From: an uncultured bacterium
GTDB lineage: Bacteria; Verrucomicrobiota; Kiritimatiellia; PWTM01
Length of the DNA: 64,000 nucleotides
Direction of reading: 5' to 3'
NCBI GenBank assembly: GCA_937139365.1
Contig: CAKZPT010000062.1
Coordinates: 5,422 to 69,421 of the forward strand
Below the pieces are notes generated by a model that was given only the letters and a program-made list of their open reading frames with translations, did not search any database and was not told the DNA's origin. The translations under genes were made by a program, and so were the position numbers. Positions 9,146-19,391 of this stretch are shown here, one piece after another (position 1 is the first letter of the stretch; every line of letters starts with the position of its first letter).

Positions 9146-9328
9146 GGTGCCATCCTTTCGTTCCGAACTCTGAAGGCGCTGGGCAGGACATGGCAAGGCG
9201 TTTCGAGGTGACCGGGCGGGGTGGCGCCACGTCGTCGCGCCGCCCTCCGCGCCCCTCCGCAGCCCAACCGGGGAAATTCTCCCTGACCGGCGGGCCACAG
9301 CCGGCAGACGAGACCGGAGGAGATGCCC

Positions 9329-9404
<76 letters not shown>

Positions 9405-9445
9405 ACGGGTCGCGGTCCGGACCAATAGAGACCGGACAAACTCGG

Positions 9446-9473
9446 AGCATACTCCGCGGGCACCGGCAGTCAA
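9446..9473 (-). promoter_or_regulatory. sigma70-type promoter for tRNA-Phe
   Basis: TTGACT-N16-TATGCT about 40 nt upstream of the tRNA. Confidence 0.6.
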
Positions 9474-9826
9474 GAGAACCGCCGCGCCCCCCCGAGTCCG
9501 GCGGCACCGCCCGGACGGCGAACCGACCCGTCAACGCGCCGCGGCGGCGATCGCAAGGGACCACCAGCGACAGCCCGCCACGGAAGGACGCCGTTCCTTG
9601 TGGTGGATGCAACGTCGGGCCTTGCGAAATGTGAAGCGACGGGGCCGAGCCGGACCGGCCGGCCCTGCTCCCGCCGCGGGCCCAGACGGGGGCGCCAAAG
9701 GCCATCTCCCTGCAGTCCGCCTTTCGGCGTTGGAGTCCGGCGTCCGGCGAACCCGGGCGCGCGGCGGCTTGCGGAGCGCCAGGTTGTGCGGTTGAGTACC
9801 CCGGCGATGCGCCGGAGAAAACCATC

Positions 9827-10999
9827 ATGAGCCCGGAGATCAGCGAAGCCCGAGCGCTGGACCACCTGATGGCGTTGCTGCGAATCGAGGGGTTGAGCGG
9901 CGACGAGGGGGCGGTGGCCGACGAGGTCCGCCGCCGCCTGATCGAAGCCGGATGGCCGGCCTCCGCCATCCGACACGACGGGGCCGCGCGACGCCTCGGC
10001 CCGAACTTCAAGGTCGGCAACCTGATCGCCCGCCTGCCCGGCCGCGCCGGTGGGGCGCGGCGGATGTTCGTCGGCCACATGGACACCGTGCCGCTGTGCC
10101 GCAGAGCCGTGCCGGTGCGGAAGGACGGGCGGATCGTCGCGCGCGGCGCGACGGCGGTGCGGGCGGACAATCGAACCGCCGTGGCCGCGATCGTCACCGC
10201 CGCCGAGGCGCTGCGGACCTCCGGCGCGCGCCATCCACCGCTGACGCTCCTGTTCACCATCGCCGAGGAGATCGGGTTACATGGCGCCAAGGAGGTGCGG
10301 CCAGCGGATCTCGGCCGGCCGGCAATGGCGTTCAACTTCGACTCCGGCGATCCCGCGCGGATCATCGTTGGGGCGATCGGCGCGACGCGATGGGAGGCGG
10401 TACTCCATGGCCGGTCGAGCCATGCCGGCATGCATCCCGAGGAGGGGGTGTCCGCGATGCTGGCGGCCGGCCGCGCCATCGCGGAGCTGGGCGACCGCGG
10501 CTGGTTCGGCCGGATCCGGCGCGGTCGCCAGGCCGGCACCGCGAACGTTGGCATCATCCGAGGCGGGGAGGCGACCAACCAGGTGACCGACCTCGTCACG
10601 GTGCGCGGCGAATGCCGCAGCCATCGGGCCGCGTTTCTGACCCGCATCACGGCGGCGTACGAGGCGGCCTTCCGGCGGGCGGCGCGGTCGGTGCGGAACG
10701 TCCGCGGGCAGCGGGCGTCGGTCGAGTTCCGGACGCAGTCGGACTATCGCGCCTTCCGTCTCCCGGAGAGTCATCCGGCGGTGTGCACGGCCCTTCGGGC
10801 GGCTCGGGACCTCGGGTTACATCCCGTGACCGAGGTCGTGGACGGCGGGCTGGATGCCAACCCGCTGGTCGAAAAAGGCATTCCGACGGTGACGCTGGGC
10901 GCCGGCCAACACGGGGCGCACAGCGTGGACGAGTACGTGGACATCGCCGAATACCTTGCGGGCTGCCGGTTGGCGCTCCGGTTGATGACCGCCGATTGA
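9827..10999 (+). CDS. M20 family metallopeptidase (peptidase T-like)
   Basis: Motifs GHMDTV, ADNR, AEEIGLHG, SHAGMHPEEG, GGLDAN, HSVDE. Confidence 0.92.
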   Translation: MSPEISEARALDHLMALLRIEGLSGDEGAVADEVRRRLIEAGWPASAIRHDGAARRLGPNFKVGNLIARLPGRAGGARRMFVGHMDTVPLCRRAVPVRKDGRIVARGATAVRADNRTAVAAIVTAAEALRTSGARHPPLTLLFTIAEEIGLHGAKEVRPADLGRPAMAFNFDSGDPARIIVGAIGATRWEAVLHGRSSHAGMHPEEGVSAMLAAGRAIAELGDRGWFGRIRRGRQAGTANVGIIRGGEATNQVTDLVTVRGECRSHRAAFLTRITAAYEAAFRRAARSVRNVRGQRASVEFRTQSDYRAFRLPESHPAVCTALRAARDLGLHPVTEVVDGGLDANPLVEKGIPTVTLGAGQHGAHSVDEYVDIAEYLAGCRLALRLMTAD

Positions 11000-11026
11000 T
11001 TTGCCGCCGGCACGGGGCGGGAAACA

Positions 11027-11638
11027 TCAGCGGGGCGGCGGGTCGCGGGCAAGCGCGGTCTCGACGACCGGGCCAATCACCGCCGCGGCTTCGGCCGAGG
11101 GATGCAGGCCGTCGGGAACCAGCGCCGCAAAGTGCGCCGGCTCGCCGCGAAGGAGGCCCATCCAGACCGGCTCCAGGTCCACCAGCAGGCACCCGCGGCG
11201 CAGGGCGGTCTGCCGCCACAGGGCATAATGCTCAGCCAGACAGGGCCGCTGCCGGGCGTACGGGCCGGCCACGGGATGCGTGATCATCACCGCCGCCCGC
11301 GCGGCCGGCCGCGAGGCCGCCAGGGCATCCAGCATCACCTCGAGGTTGCGCGTCGAACGCTCCACCGGGCAGTTCCGCCGGGCGTCGGCGTCGTTGACGG
11401 CAAACTCGAAGAGCACCAGATCGGGTTGGAGGGCCAACACGCGCGGGCCAAACGCGCGGACGGCATCATCGGAGGTCCAGCCCCACGCCGAGCGGTTGAG
11501 AAGCCGCACCACCCCACCCATCCGCCGCCGCAGCTCGCCGACCCAGGCCCCACCGCAGCGACGCCATGGCCAGCGCGAAGACTCTGCCGAGAGGCTGCTG
11601 CCGTAGACGACCCAAACGGGCGCGGCGGGGCCGTTCAT
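11027..11638 (-). CDS. SGNH/GDSL hydrolase
   Basis: YGSSLS, EFAVND and DGLHP blocks. ATGA overlap with the upstream permease. Confidence 0.85.
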   Translation of the reverse strand: MNGPAAPVWVVYGSSLSAESSRWPWRRCGGAWVGELRRRMGGVVRLLNRSAWGWTSDDAVRAFGPRVLALQPDLVLFEFAVNDADARRNCPVERSTRNLEVMLDALAASRPAARAAVMITHPVAGPYARQRPCLAEHYALWRQTALRRGCLLVDLEPVWMGLLRGEPAHFAALVPDGLHPSAEAAAVIGPVVETALARDPPPR

Positions 11639-12912
11639 CGCCAGATCCACCACAGCACGGCCCCGCCCGCCGCAACGGCGGCCAGGGTGAACGGCAGTCC
11701 GACGCGGACGAACTCTCCGAACCCGACGGGGTACCCCTCGCGGCGGAGCAGCCCGATGGCGACGACGTTGGCCGAGGCGCCGATGGGCGTGATGTTTCCG
11801 CCGAGGCACGATCCGACCAGCAGCCCGAAGAGCAGGAGCGCCGGCTCGGCGGCGCCGACATGCCCGGCGATGGACCGGGTGACGGGGATCATCGCCGCAA
11901 GGAAAGGCACGTTGTCCACGAACCCCGACACCGCGACGCTGAGGCCGAGGATCAGCAGAAATGCGCGTCCGAGGCTGCCGCCCGCCCAGCCGGCCATCGC
12001 CTCGGCCAATCGTTCGAGCCAGCCCGAGCGGCCGAGGCAGCCGACGAGGACGAAGACGCCGGCCAGGAAGAAGGTCGTGTCCCAGTCCAGCGTCCGGACG
12101 AGGTCGCCTACGCGCCCCCAGTGGGGCACTCTCCGGTACCAGAGCACGCCGACCAGGCCGAGGCCCATGGCCAGGGCGCCGGCCATCCAGCGGAAATCGG
12201 GGTCGAACCGGTGCGTCGTGGTCAGGCCGAGCACCAGCATCGCCAGCAGGACGGTGGGCACGAGGGATCGGGGCCGTTCCACGGCGACAACGTCCATGGG
12301 GGCGCGGTGGCGGCGGAGCAGAAACGCGGCGATGGCGAATGAGGCCACGGCGCCGGCCTGGACGACGAAGAAGATCGAGGGACGGCCGCGGTGAATGAAG
12401 AAGTCGTTGAACGAGAGTTTCATCGAGCCGGCGAGGATCATGCTTGGCGGATCGCCGATCAGCGTGGCGGTGCCCTGGAGGTTGGAACAGATGGCGATCA
12501 GGATCAGCAGGCGCACGGGGGACACGCCAAGCTTCCGGCAGAGGCTGAGGGCGACGGGGGCCACCAGCAAAACGACGGCGACGTTTTCGAGGACGATGGA
12601 CATCGCCGACGCGAGCGCGCAGATGGCCAGCATCGCGCCGGTGCCGGTCCGCGCGCGGACCAGCATCCACTCGGCGAGGACGGCGGGCATCCGCGACTGC
12701 ATGAACAGCTCGGCCAGCACCAAGGTCCCGAAGAACAGCAGGAGGACGTTCCAGGAGATGTACTCGACGAGCGCAGCCCGCCACGGCGCGGCGCCGGTCG
12801 CGACGGCGAGGGCGGCGGCCGCGACGGCGACGACGGAGCGCCGGCGGGGAAACAGGACGAACAGTGCGTAGGCGCCGGCGAAGAGCGCTAGGGCCAGCCA
12901 GGAGGGGGCCAT
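11635..12912 (-). CDS. SLC13/ArsB-NhaD (CitMHS) family anion permease
   Basis: Highly hydrophobic. Motifs LENVAVVL, NLQGTATLIGDPP, VDNVP, LGGNITPIGASANVV. Confidence 0.9.
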   Translation of the reverse strand: MAPSWLALALFAGAYALFVLFPRRRSVVAVAAAALAVATGAAPWRAALVEYISWNVLLLFFGTLVLAELFMQSRMPAVLAEWMLVRARTGTGAMLAICALASAMSIVLENVAVVLLVAPVALSLCRKLGVSPVRLLILIAICSNLQGTATLIGDPPSMILAGSMKLSFNDFFIHRGRPSIFFVVQAGAVASFAIAAFLLRRHRAPMDVVAVERPRSLVPTVLLAMLVLGLTTTHRFDPDFRWMAGALAMGLGLVGVLWYRRVPHWGRVGDLVRTLDWDTTFFLAGVFVLVGCLGRSGWLERLAEAMAGWAGGSLGRAFLLILGLSVAVSGFVDNVPFLAAMIPVTRSIAGHVGAAEPALLLFGLLVGSCLGGNITPIGASANVVAIGLLRREGYPVGFGEFVRVGLPFTLAAVAAGGAVLWWIWR

Positions 12913-13008
12913 GGCGTCCTCAACCCCCCGCCCGGCGGAACATCCGGTCCCGCCCGCCAACGGCCCGCTCGTGCGCGCGCCGCGCGGTCCTTCGAGGCAT
13001 GCGCGGGG

Positions 13009-13398
13009 TCACGCCGACTGCAACACCATGTTGGCGTAATGGATCGTGTCGCCGGTGCGGATCAGGCCCACGGCGGCCGGGACGCGACGCTTGAGTTCGA
13101 CGTGTGGTTCGTAGATCACGGGCATGCCCTCCAACGCCCGGGCGAACCGCTCGCGCACCTCGGCAGTGTTCTCGCGGAGGAATTCCTCGGCCATCCACGC
13201 CTGCCCGATGACGAAGTTGGGGCGGAGGGCCCTTAGGACGTCGAGCACGGTTGGGATGTCGTCCACCAGCGAGAGGTCCACGGTCTCCAGGCCGGGCCAG
13301 GAGGGAAAGCCGCGGTCGGCGATGACCAGGGTGTTGGTGTGGCGGACGCGGCTGAGCAGGGAGTTGACGTGCGGGTTGAGGATGCCGCTTTTCCACAT
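13009..13398 (-). CDS. rbsD: RbsD/FucU family pyranase/mutarotase
   Basis: GILNPH..SLLSRVRHTNTLVIADRGFP, HVELK, IRTGDTIHYAN. Confidence 0.88.
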   Translation of the reverse strand: MWKSGILNPHVNSLLSRVRHTNTLVIADRGFPSWPGLETVDLSLVDDIPTVLDVLRALRPNFVIGQAWMAEEFLRENTAEVRERFARALEGMPVIYEPHVELKRRVPAAVGLIRTGDTIHYANMVLQSA

Positions 13399-13422
13399 AA
13401 CGTCGGCCTCCGGCGGACCGGC

Positions 13423-13785
13423 TCAGGTGGCGGCGGGGGGGGCGTCGCCGGCGGAGGGCGGCGGGTCGTCGATCGGGGCCGGCGGTTCGACGGGCCGGCG
13501 GTCGTCGGGGCGGAACTCGCGGCGCCGGTCGCGGTGGCGCCGGTGACGTCCGCCGCCCTGGAAATTTCCGCGGTTGCGGAACTCCTGGCCGGACCGCTGG
13601 TTGCCGTACCCCTGGCCGTACGCTTGGCCGTAGCCGCCATAGGTGCCATAGCCAGTCTGACCATAGCCGGTGGCGCGGTTGTAACCGCTGGCACCGCCGT
13701 TGCCGCGCTGTTGGAGTTCGTTGGCGATGTCGCGCAGGAGGCGCGCCAGTTCGGCCATCGGCATGTGACGAAGGTCCATTCTCAC
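13423..13785 (-). CDS. Hypothetical low-complexity protein (N-terminal helix, GYGQ-rich, Arg-rich and Pro-rich segments)
   Basis: RBS AAGGAG 7 nt before GTG. Fills the fabF-rbsD gap on the operon strand. Confidence 0.72.
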   Translation of the reverse strand: MRMDLRHMPMAELARLLRDIANELQQRGNGGASGYNRATGYGQTGYGTYGGYGQAYGQGYGNQRSGQEFRNRGNFQGGGRHRRHRDRRREFRPDDRRPVEPPAPIDDPPPSAGDAPPAAT

Positions 13786-13846
13786 TGTCCGTCTCCTTCC
13801 CCTCCCCGTGGCCGCGCCGCCGCCCGCCGGCGGGGCGCGCGGGGCG

Positions 13847-15091
13847 TCAGACGGCCTTGAAGCACAACGTGGCGTTGTGCCCGCCGAACCCGAGCGAGTT
13901 CTTCAGGCAGACGCGCACACGGGCCTCGCGGGCCTGGTTGGGCACGTAGTCGAGGTCGCACTCCGGATCGGGGGTCTGCTGGTTGATCGTCGGCGGCACG
14001 GCGCCGCGGTGGATCGCCAGCGCACAGGCGGCCGACTCGACGCCGCCGGCGGCGCCCAGCAGGTGGCCGATCATGGACTTGGTCGAGCTGATCATCGTCC
14101 GCCGCGCGGCCGACTCGCCGAGGGCGGCCTTGATCGCGAGGGTCTCGCACCGGTCGTTGAGCTGGGTGCTGGTGCCATGGGCGTTGATGTAGTCCACCTC
14201 GTCGGGCGAAACGCCCGCCGTAGCCATCGCGCGGCGCATCGCCTCGGCGGCGCCGGCCCCCCGCTCATCCGGCGCGGTGATGTGGAAGGCGTCGCAGGTG
14301 GCGCCGTAGCCGGCGACCTCGCAGTAGATGCGGGCACCCCGGCGCGCGGCGCGGCCGTACTCTTCGATCACGAGCGCGCCGGCGCCCTCACCGATCACGA
14401 AGCCGTCCCGGTCGCGGTCAAAGGGCCGGCTGGCGCCGACGGGATCGTCGTTGCGGGTGCTGAGGGCCTTCATCGCGCAGAAGCCCCCGAGGCCCAGCTC
14501 CATCACGGCGGCCTCGCTGCCGCCGGCGATGATGATGTCCGCCTCGTCTTCCCGGATCGCCCGCAGCGCCTCGCCGATCGAGTGAGTGCCGGTGGCGCAG
14601 GCGGAGACGACGGCGAAATTCGGTCCGCGAAGCCCGAACTCGATGGCCACCAGCCCGGGGAGCATGTTGGTGATCATCTGCGGGATCATGAAGGGCGAGA
14701 AGCGCGACGGGCCGCGCTCATGGTAGAGGCGGGTCTGCTGAAACAGGATGTAAAGGCCACCGATCCCGCTGCTCATCAACACGCCGGCCCGCCACGGATC
14801 CTCGCGGGAAAAATCGAGCCCGGCGTCGGCGACCGCCATTTTCGCGGCCGCTAGCCCGTAATGGCAAAACGGGTCCATCCGCCGCTGCTCCTTGCGGGGG
14901 ATGAACCGGTCCACGTCGAAATCCGCGACCTCGCCGGCGATGCGTGAATCGAAGGCGGAGGCGTCGAACTTCGAGATTGGGCGAACGCCGGACTCGCCGC
15001 GGAGCATGCGCGCCCAAACGGTGTCGAGGTCGCACCCCAGGGGGGTGACCCACCCCAACCCCGTGACGACGGCCCGGCGTCCTTCCGCCAC
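13847..15091 (-). CDS. fabF: 3-oxoacyl-ACP synthase II
   Basis: [43 protein letters not shown]. Confidence 0.97.
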   Translation of the reverse strand: MAEGRRAVVTGLGWVTPLGCDLDTVWARMLRGESGVRPISKFDASAFDSRIAGEVADFDVDRFIPRKEQRRMDPFCHYGLAAAKMAVADAGLDFSREDPWRAGVLMSSGIGGLYILFQQTRLYHERGPSRFSPFMIPQMITNMLPGLVAIEFGLRGPNFAVVSACATGTHSIGEALRAIREDEADIIIAGGSEAAVMELGLGGFCAMKALSTRNDDPVGASRPFDRDRDGFVIGEGAGALVIEEYGRAARRGARIYCEVAGYGATCDAFHITAPDERGAGAAEAMRRAMATAGVSPDEVDYINAHGTSTQLNDRCETLAIKAALGESAARRTMISSTKSMIGHLLGAAGGVESAACALAIHRGAVPPTINQQTPDPECDLDYVPNQAREARVRVCLKNSLGFGGHNATLCFKAV

Positions 15092-15143
15092 TGGTCGCTC
15101 CCGAAGGCCCGGCCCGCCGCCGTGGGGGGCGGGCCGCGCCGCG

Positions 15144-15386
15144 TCACTCGTCCTTGAAGCCCTTCTCGCGCAGGTAGTTGATCACCGCGCCGACGGTCGT
15201 GAGCTTCTCGGCGTCCTCGTCCGGGATCTCGGCCTTGAAGGCCTCCTCGAATGCCATGATCAGCTCGACCGTGTCGAGCGAGTCGGCGCCGAGATCCTCG
15301 ATGAACGACGCCTCCGGCGTGACCTGCTCAGGGTTGACGTCGAGTTGGTCCACGATGATCTTCTTCACCTTTTCTTCGAGTGACAT
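15144..15386 (-). CDS. acpP: Acyl carrier protein
   Basis: [12 protein letters not shown]. Confidence 0.98.
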   Translation of the reverse strand: MSLEEKVKKIIVDQLDVNPEQVTPEASFIEDLGADSLDTVELIMAFEEAFKAEIPDEDAEKLTTVGAVINYLREKGFKDE

Positions 15387-15417
15387 GTCGTGTGTCTCCT
15401 TCGCTCTGCCTGGCGGA

Positions 15418-16164
15418 TCACGCCATCACCATGCCTCCGCACACCGAGATCACCTGGCCGGTGATGTAGGCCGACTCGTCGCCGGCCAGAAACAGCACCG
15501 TCCGGGCGACGTCATCCGGCTCGCCGAACCGCCCCAACGGAATCGCGCCCAGCATCCGCTGGCGCGCCTCCTCGGGCAGCTTGTCGGTCATCGCCGTCCG
15601 GATGAACCCCGGCGCGACGGCGTTGACCCGCACGTTGCGCGACGCCAGCTCCCGGGCCGCGGTCTTCGTCAGGGCGATCACCCCGCCCTTGGATGCCGCG
15701 TAATTCGCCTGCCCGGCGTTGCCCATCAGCCCGATGACCGAGGCGATGTTCACGATCGACCCCGAGCGCTGCCGAATCATCGTCCGAGCGACGGCCTTTG
15801 TAAACAGGAATACGCCCTTCAGGTTGATGTTCAACACGGCGTCCCAGTCGGTCTCGCTCATCCGCACCAGAAACGTGTCGCGGGTGATGCCGGCATTGTT
15901 GACCAGCACATCGAGGCGCCCCAGCGCCTCCACGACGCGGTCCACCCCCGCCTGCACCTGGTCGGCGCGGCTGACGTCGCAGGCGAACACCTCCGCCCGC
16001 CGCCCCGTCTGGCGGATGCGACCGGCGGTCTCTTCCAGCCATCCGGCCTCCAGGTCGCAAACGGCGACGTCGGCCCCCGCGGCGGCCAAGCGCGCGGCGA
16101 TGGCCTGTCCGATGCCGCGCGCCGCGCCCGTGACGAGGGCGACCCTGCCATCCAGCAAACCCAT
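15418..16164 (-). CDS. fabG: 3-oxoacyl-ACP reductase
   Basis: [24 protein letters not shown]. Confidence 0.96.
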   Translation of the reverse strand: MGLLDGRVALVTGAARGIGQAIAARLAAAGADVAVCDLEAGWLEETAGRIRQTGRRAEVFACDVSRADQVQAGVDRVVEALGRLDVLVNNAGITRDTFLVRMSETDWDAVLNINLKGVFLFTKAVARTMIRQRSGSIVNIASVIGLMGNAGQANYAASKGGVIALTKTAARELASRNVRVNAVAPGFIRTAMTDKLPEEARQRMLGAIPLGRFGEPDDVARTVLFLAGDESAYITGQVISVCGGMVMA

Positions 16165-16207
16165 AAAATGATGCGTCTTTCGACCGAGAGGTTCCCGCCC
16201 CCGGACG

Positions 16208-17131
16208 TCAAAGGGCCGGGGCGACCGACTCCAGCCCCGGAAGGTCCGAGATGGTATGAACTTCGGCGGCTTTGTCAATGCGGCGCAACAGCCCGGCCAG
16301 CACGCGGCCCGGACCGCATTCGACGTGGCGGCGCACGCCGAGGTCCCGCAAGGCGGTGACGCAGTCCACCCAGCGGACGGGGGAGGTCACCTGTTCGACC
16401 ATCCGCCGGCGGATGGCCGCGGGATCGGCGTCGTGGGGCTGCCCGGTGACGTTCGAAATCACGGGGTGCGAGGGCGGGTTGAAGCGCACCGGCCCGAGAA
16501 ACTCCTCCAGCCGCGCCGCGGCGGGGGCCATCAGGGAGGAATGGAACGCCCCGGCGACCTGCAGCGGGATGACCCTTCGGGCGCCCCGTTCGGCGGCCAG
16601 ACGGGCGGCGGCGGCGACCGCCTCCTTCGGGCCGGACAGGACCGTTTGTTCCGGGGAGTTGAAGTTGGCCAGCTCCACGCCCGCCTCGCGCGCCAGCGCC
16701 GCGAGGGCGGCCGGCTCCATGCCGATGACGCTGACCATCCCGCCCGGCGTGCGCTCGCACGCCTCCTGCATGAACCGCCCCCGGGCCTCCAGCACGCGCA
16801 CGGCATCCTCGAACGAGAGCACGCCGGCCGAATGGAGCGCGGCCCACTCGCCCGAACTCAGCCCGGCGGCCGCCGTCCATTTGAGGCTGGGGTGAGCGGC
16901 GAGCAGGGCGGTTTCGCAAATGACGCTGACGACGAAGATCGCCGGCTGTGCGCGGTCGGAGCGGGTCAGTTCCTCTGCAGGCCCCTCGGCGCAGAGGCGG
17001 GCCAGGTCGAAGCCGAGCACGTCGGAGGCGCGGCGGAACAGCACGGCGGAGTCCGGCCGCGACGCGAAATCGGCCCCCATGCCCACGGTTTGCGCGCCTT
17101 GACCGGGAAACAACGCGGCGGTCGGTGTCAT
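16208..17131 (-). CDS. fabD: Malonyl-CoA:ACP transacylase
   Basis: [35 protein letters not shown] overlap with fabH. Confidence 0.95.
   Translation of the reverse strand: MTPTAALFPGQGAQTVGMGADFASRPDSAVLFRRASDVLGFDLARLCAEGPAEELTRSDRAQPAIFVVSVICETALLAAHPSLKWTAAAGLSSGEWAALHSAGVLSFEDAVRVLEARGRFMQEACERTPGGMVSVIGMEPAALAALAREAGVELANFNSPEQTVLSGPKEAVAAAARLAAERGARRVIPLQVAGAFHSSLMAPAAARLEEFLGPVRFNPPSHPVISNVTGQPHDADPAAIRRRMVEQVTSPVRWVDCVTALRDLGVRRHVECGPGRVLAGLLRRIDKAAEVHTISDLPGLESVAPAL
16251..16278 (-). promoter_or_regulatory. Candidate internal promoter for fabG-acpP-fabF inside the fabD 3' end
   Basis: TTGACA-N16-TACCAT, about 85 nt before the fabG ATG. Confidence 0.5.
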
Positions 17132-18162
17132 GTCGGTTGGATCCATTCCAACACGCTCGCCCCCCACGTGAAGCCGGCGCCGAAGGCGACCATCAGCACG
17201 AGGTCGCCGTCGCGGATCCGGCCGTCGCGGACGGCCTCGTCCAACGCCAGCCCGATCGAGGCGGCCGAGGTGTTGCCGTAGCGTTCGACGTTGATGATGA
17301 AGCGGTCGGCGGGACATCCCAGCCGTTCGCCGATGGCGGCGATGATGCGCAGGTTGGCCTGGTGGGGGATGACCCAACGTATGTCCTGGATGCCCAGGCC
17401 GGCGCGATGGAGCGCAGTCCGGGCCGCCTGGGCCATGTGGGTGACAGCATGCCGGAAGACCTCGCGCCCCCGCATGCGCAAATAATGCTCCCCTGCGGCG
17501 ACGGTGGCGGCGCTCGCAGGGCGGCGCGAACCACCGGCGGGAAGATAGAGGAGGTCGGCGAGGGAGCCGTCGGATCCCAGCACGGTGGAGAGGATGCCGC
17601 GGCGGCCGGCCGGAGCGGGTTTGAGCACCGCCGCGCCGGCCCCGTCGCCGAACAGCACGCAGGTGGAACGATCCTTCCAGTCGAGAATCGCGCTCATCTT
17701 TTCCGCCCCGATCACCAGCGCATTGGGGACTGCGCCAGTCTCGACCAGGCGGCGAGCCATCTCGAGGCCGTACAGAAACCCCGAGCAGGCGGCCTCGAGG
17801 CCGACGCAGAAGGCGTGGCGGGCGCCGAGGCGGCTCTGAACGAGGCAAGCGGTGTTCGGGAAGGGATGGTCGGGGGTGATGGTGGCGACCGCGATCATCC
17901 CGACGTCGGCCGGCGCCAGACGGGCCGACTGCAGGGCCTTCCGCGCGGCCTCGAGGGCGAGGTCCGAGGTGGCCTCGTGGTCCGCGGCGATACGCCGCTC
18001 CCGCATCCCGGTGCGCTCGACGATCCACTCGTGGGAGGTCTCCACCATCCGCTCCAGGTCGCGGTTGGTCAGCACCCGGGCCGGCACATGCGCGCCGCAG
18101 CCGGCGATGGCGACGGGCCGTGCCGGCGGCGGCGGACGGGACGGGTGGGGCGGGCTGCTCAC
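17128..18162 (-). CDS. fabH: 3-oxoacyl-ACP synthase III
   Basis: AACSGF, FGDGAGA, PHQANLRII, YGNTSAAS, FGAGFTWG. GTGA overlap with plsX. Confidence 0.96.
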   Translation of the reverse strand: MSSPPHPSRPPPPARPVAIAGCGAHVPARVLTNRDLERMVETSHEWIVERTGMRERRIAADHEATSDLALEAARKALQSARLAPADVGMIAVATITPDHPFPNTACLVQSRLGARHAFCVGLEAACSGFLYGLEMARRLVETGAVPNALVIGAEKMSAILDWKDRSTCVLFGDGAGAAVLKPAPAGRRGILSTVLGSDGSLADLLYLPAGGSRRPASAATVAAGEHYLRMRGREVFRHAVTHMAQAARTALHRAGLGIQDIRWVIPHQANLRIIAAIGERLGCPADRFIINVERYGNTSAASIGLALDEAVRDGRIRDGDLVLMVAFGAGFTWGASVLEWIQPT

Positions 18163-19163
18163 GCCGCGCCGAGCTCCGCGACGCCGGCCTGAACCTTGCC
18201 GGGCACCTCGCGCCGCACCGATTCCACCGCGACGCGGATGCCGTTGGCCACGGCCCGCGCATTCGAGGCGCCGTGGGCGATGATGCAGACACCGTTGACG
18301 CCCAGCAGCGGCGCGCCGCCGTACGAGGAGGCATCGGCGCGCCGCCGCAGGTCGGCCAGACCATGCCGGATCAGCCATGCGCCGATCCTGCGGGGCAGGT
18401 TGAGGGTCAGCGTCTCCCGGAGCAGATGGCCGAAGTAGTGAGCCACGCTCTCGCTGGTCTTGAGCACCACGTTGCCGACGAAACCGTCGCAAACGACGAC
18501 GTCCACCCGCTCCGTGAACAGATCGTGGCCCTCGACGTTGCCGGCGAAGTCGAGGCGGGAGGCGCGCAAGCGGCCAAAGGCCTCCCGCGTGATCTCGTTG
18601 CCCTTGGTCTCCTCCCCGCCGATGCTCATCAGGCCGACGCGCGGGCGCGGAATGCCGAGGACTTCGCGGGCGTAGACGGTGCCCATCACCGCGAATTGGA
18701 ACAACAGCTCCGGCGAGCAGTCCGTCGTGGCGCCCGCGTCGATCAGCACCCACGGCCGGCGGCCGCGGCCGGGCATGGAGGTGGCGATCGCCGGACGCAG
18801 CACGCCGCCGAGCGTCCGCAGCTTCAGCGTCGCCGCCGCCACCATCGCGCCGGTGTTGCCGGCGGAAAATACGGCGTCCGCCTCGCCCTGCTTGACCAGG
18901 TCCACCGCGCGGCTGATGGACGAGTCTTTTTTGCGTCGGATGGCGGCGGCGGGCGATTCGCCCATCTCGATCACCTCTCCGGCCGGCTCGACGCGCACCG
19001 TCGGCGGTAGGGAGGTTCCGCGGGGCAGCGCGGCGAGGATCTCGGGCTCGCGGCCGACCAGGATCAGCTCGACGTCCGGCGAAGTGGCTGCGGCCTGCAG
19101 CGTGCCGGCGACGACCTCCTGCGGAGCGTAGTCCCCGCCCATCGCGTCAATCGCAATGCGCAT
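18159..19163 (-). CDS. plsX: Phosphate acyltransferase
   Basis: MRIAIDAMGGDYAP, SAGNTGA, CDGFVGNVVLK, YGGAPLLGV. Confidence 0.97.
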   Translation of the reverse strand: MRIAIDAMGGDYAPQEVVAGTLQAAATSPDVELILVGREPEILAALPRGTSLPPTVRVEPAGEVIEMGESPAAAIRRKKDSSISRAVDLVKQGEADAVFSAGNTGAMVAAATLKLRTLGGVLRPAIATSMPGRGRRPWVLIDAGATTDCSPELLFQFAVMGTVYAREVLGIPRPRVGLMSIGGEETKGNEITREAFGRLRASRLDFAGNVEGHDLFTERVDVVVCDGFVGNVVLKTSESVAHYFGHLLRETLTLNLPRRIGAWLIRHGLADLRRRADASSYGGAPLLGVNGVCIIAHGASNARAVANGIRVAVESVRREVPGKVQAGVAELGAA

Positions 19164-19179
19164 GGCGCGCAACCGGGAC

Positions 19180-19365
19180 TCACTCCGCCGTCGACAGCGT
19201 TTCCACCTGCCGACCGGCATAGTAACCGCAGGCCGGACACACCCGGTGCGGCTGCGCCCACGCCTTGCACTTGGGGCACTTCGAGAGGGCCGGCTTGGGG
19301 CGCCGATGCGACCGGACCCGCATCTGCTTGCGGCTCTTCGACTTTCTGCGTTTCGGTACAGCCAT
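19180..19365 (-). CDS. rpmF: 50S ribosomal protein L32 (zinc-binding type)
   Basis: MAVPKRRKSKSRK, CPKC...PHRVCPACGYY. Confidence 0.97.
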   Translation of the reverse strand: MAVPKRRKSKSRKQMRVRSHRRPKPALSKCPKCKAWAQPHRVCPACGYYAGRQVETLSTAE

Positions 19366-19391
19366 GTCCACTTTCTCCCATCGCCGGCCGC

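Noticed and set aside
13847..19163. Secondary-metabolite type II PKS cluster
   Set aside because: Canonical rpmF-plsX-fabH-fabD-fabG-acpP-fabF order, with no chain-length factor or tailoring genes.
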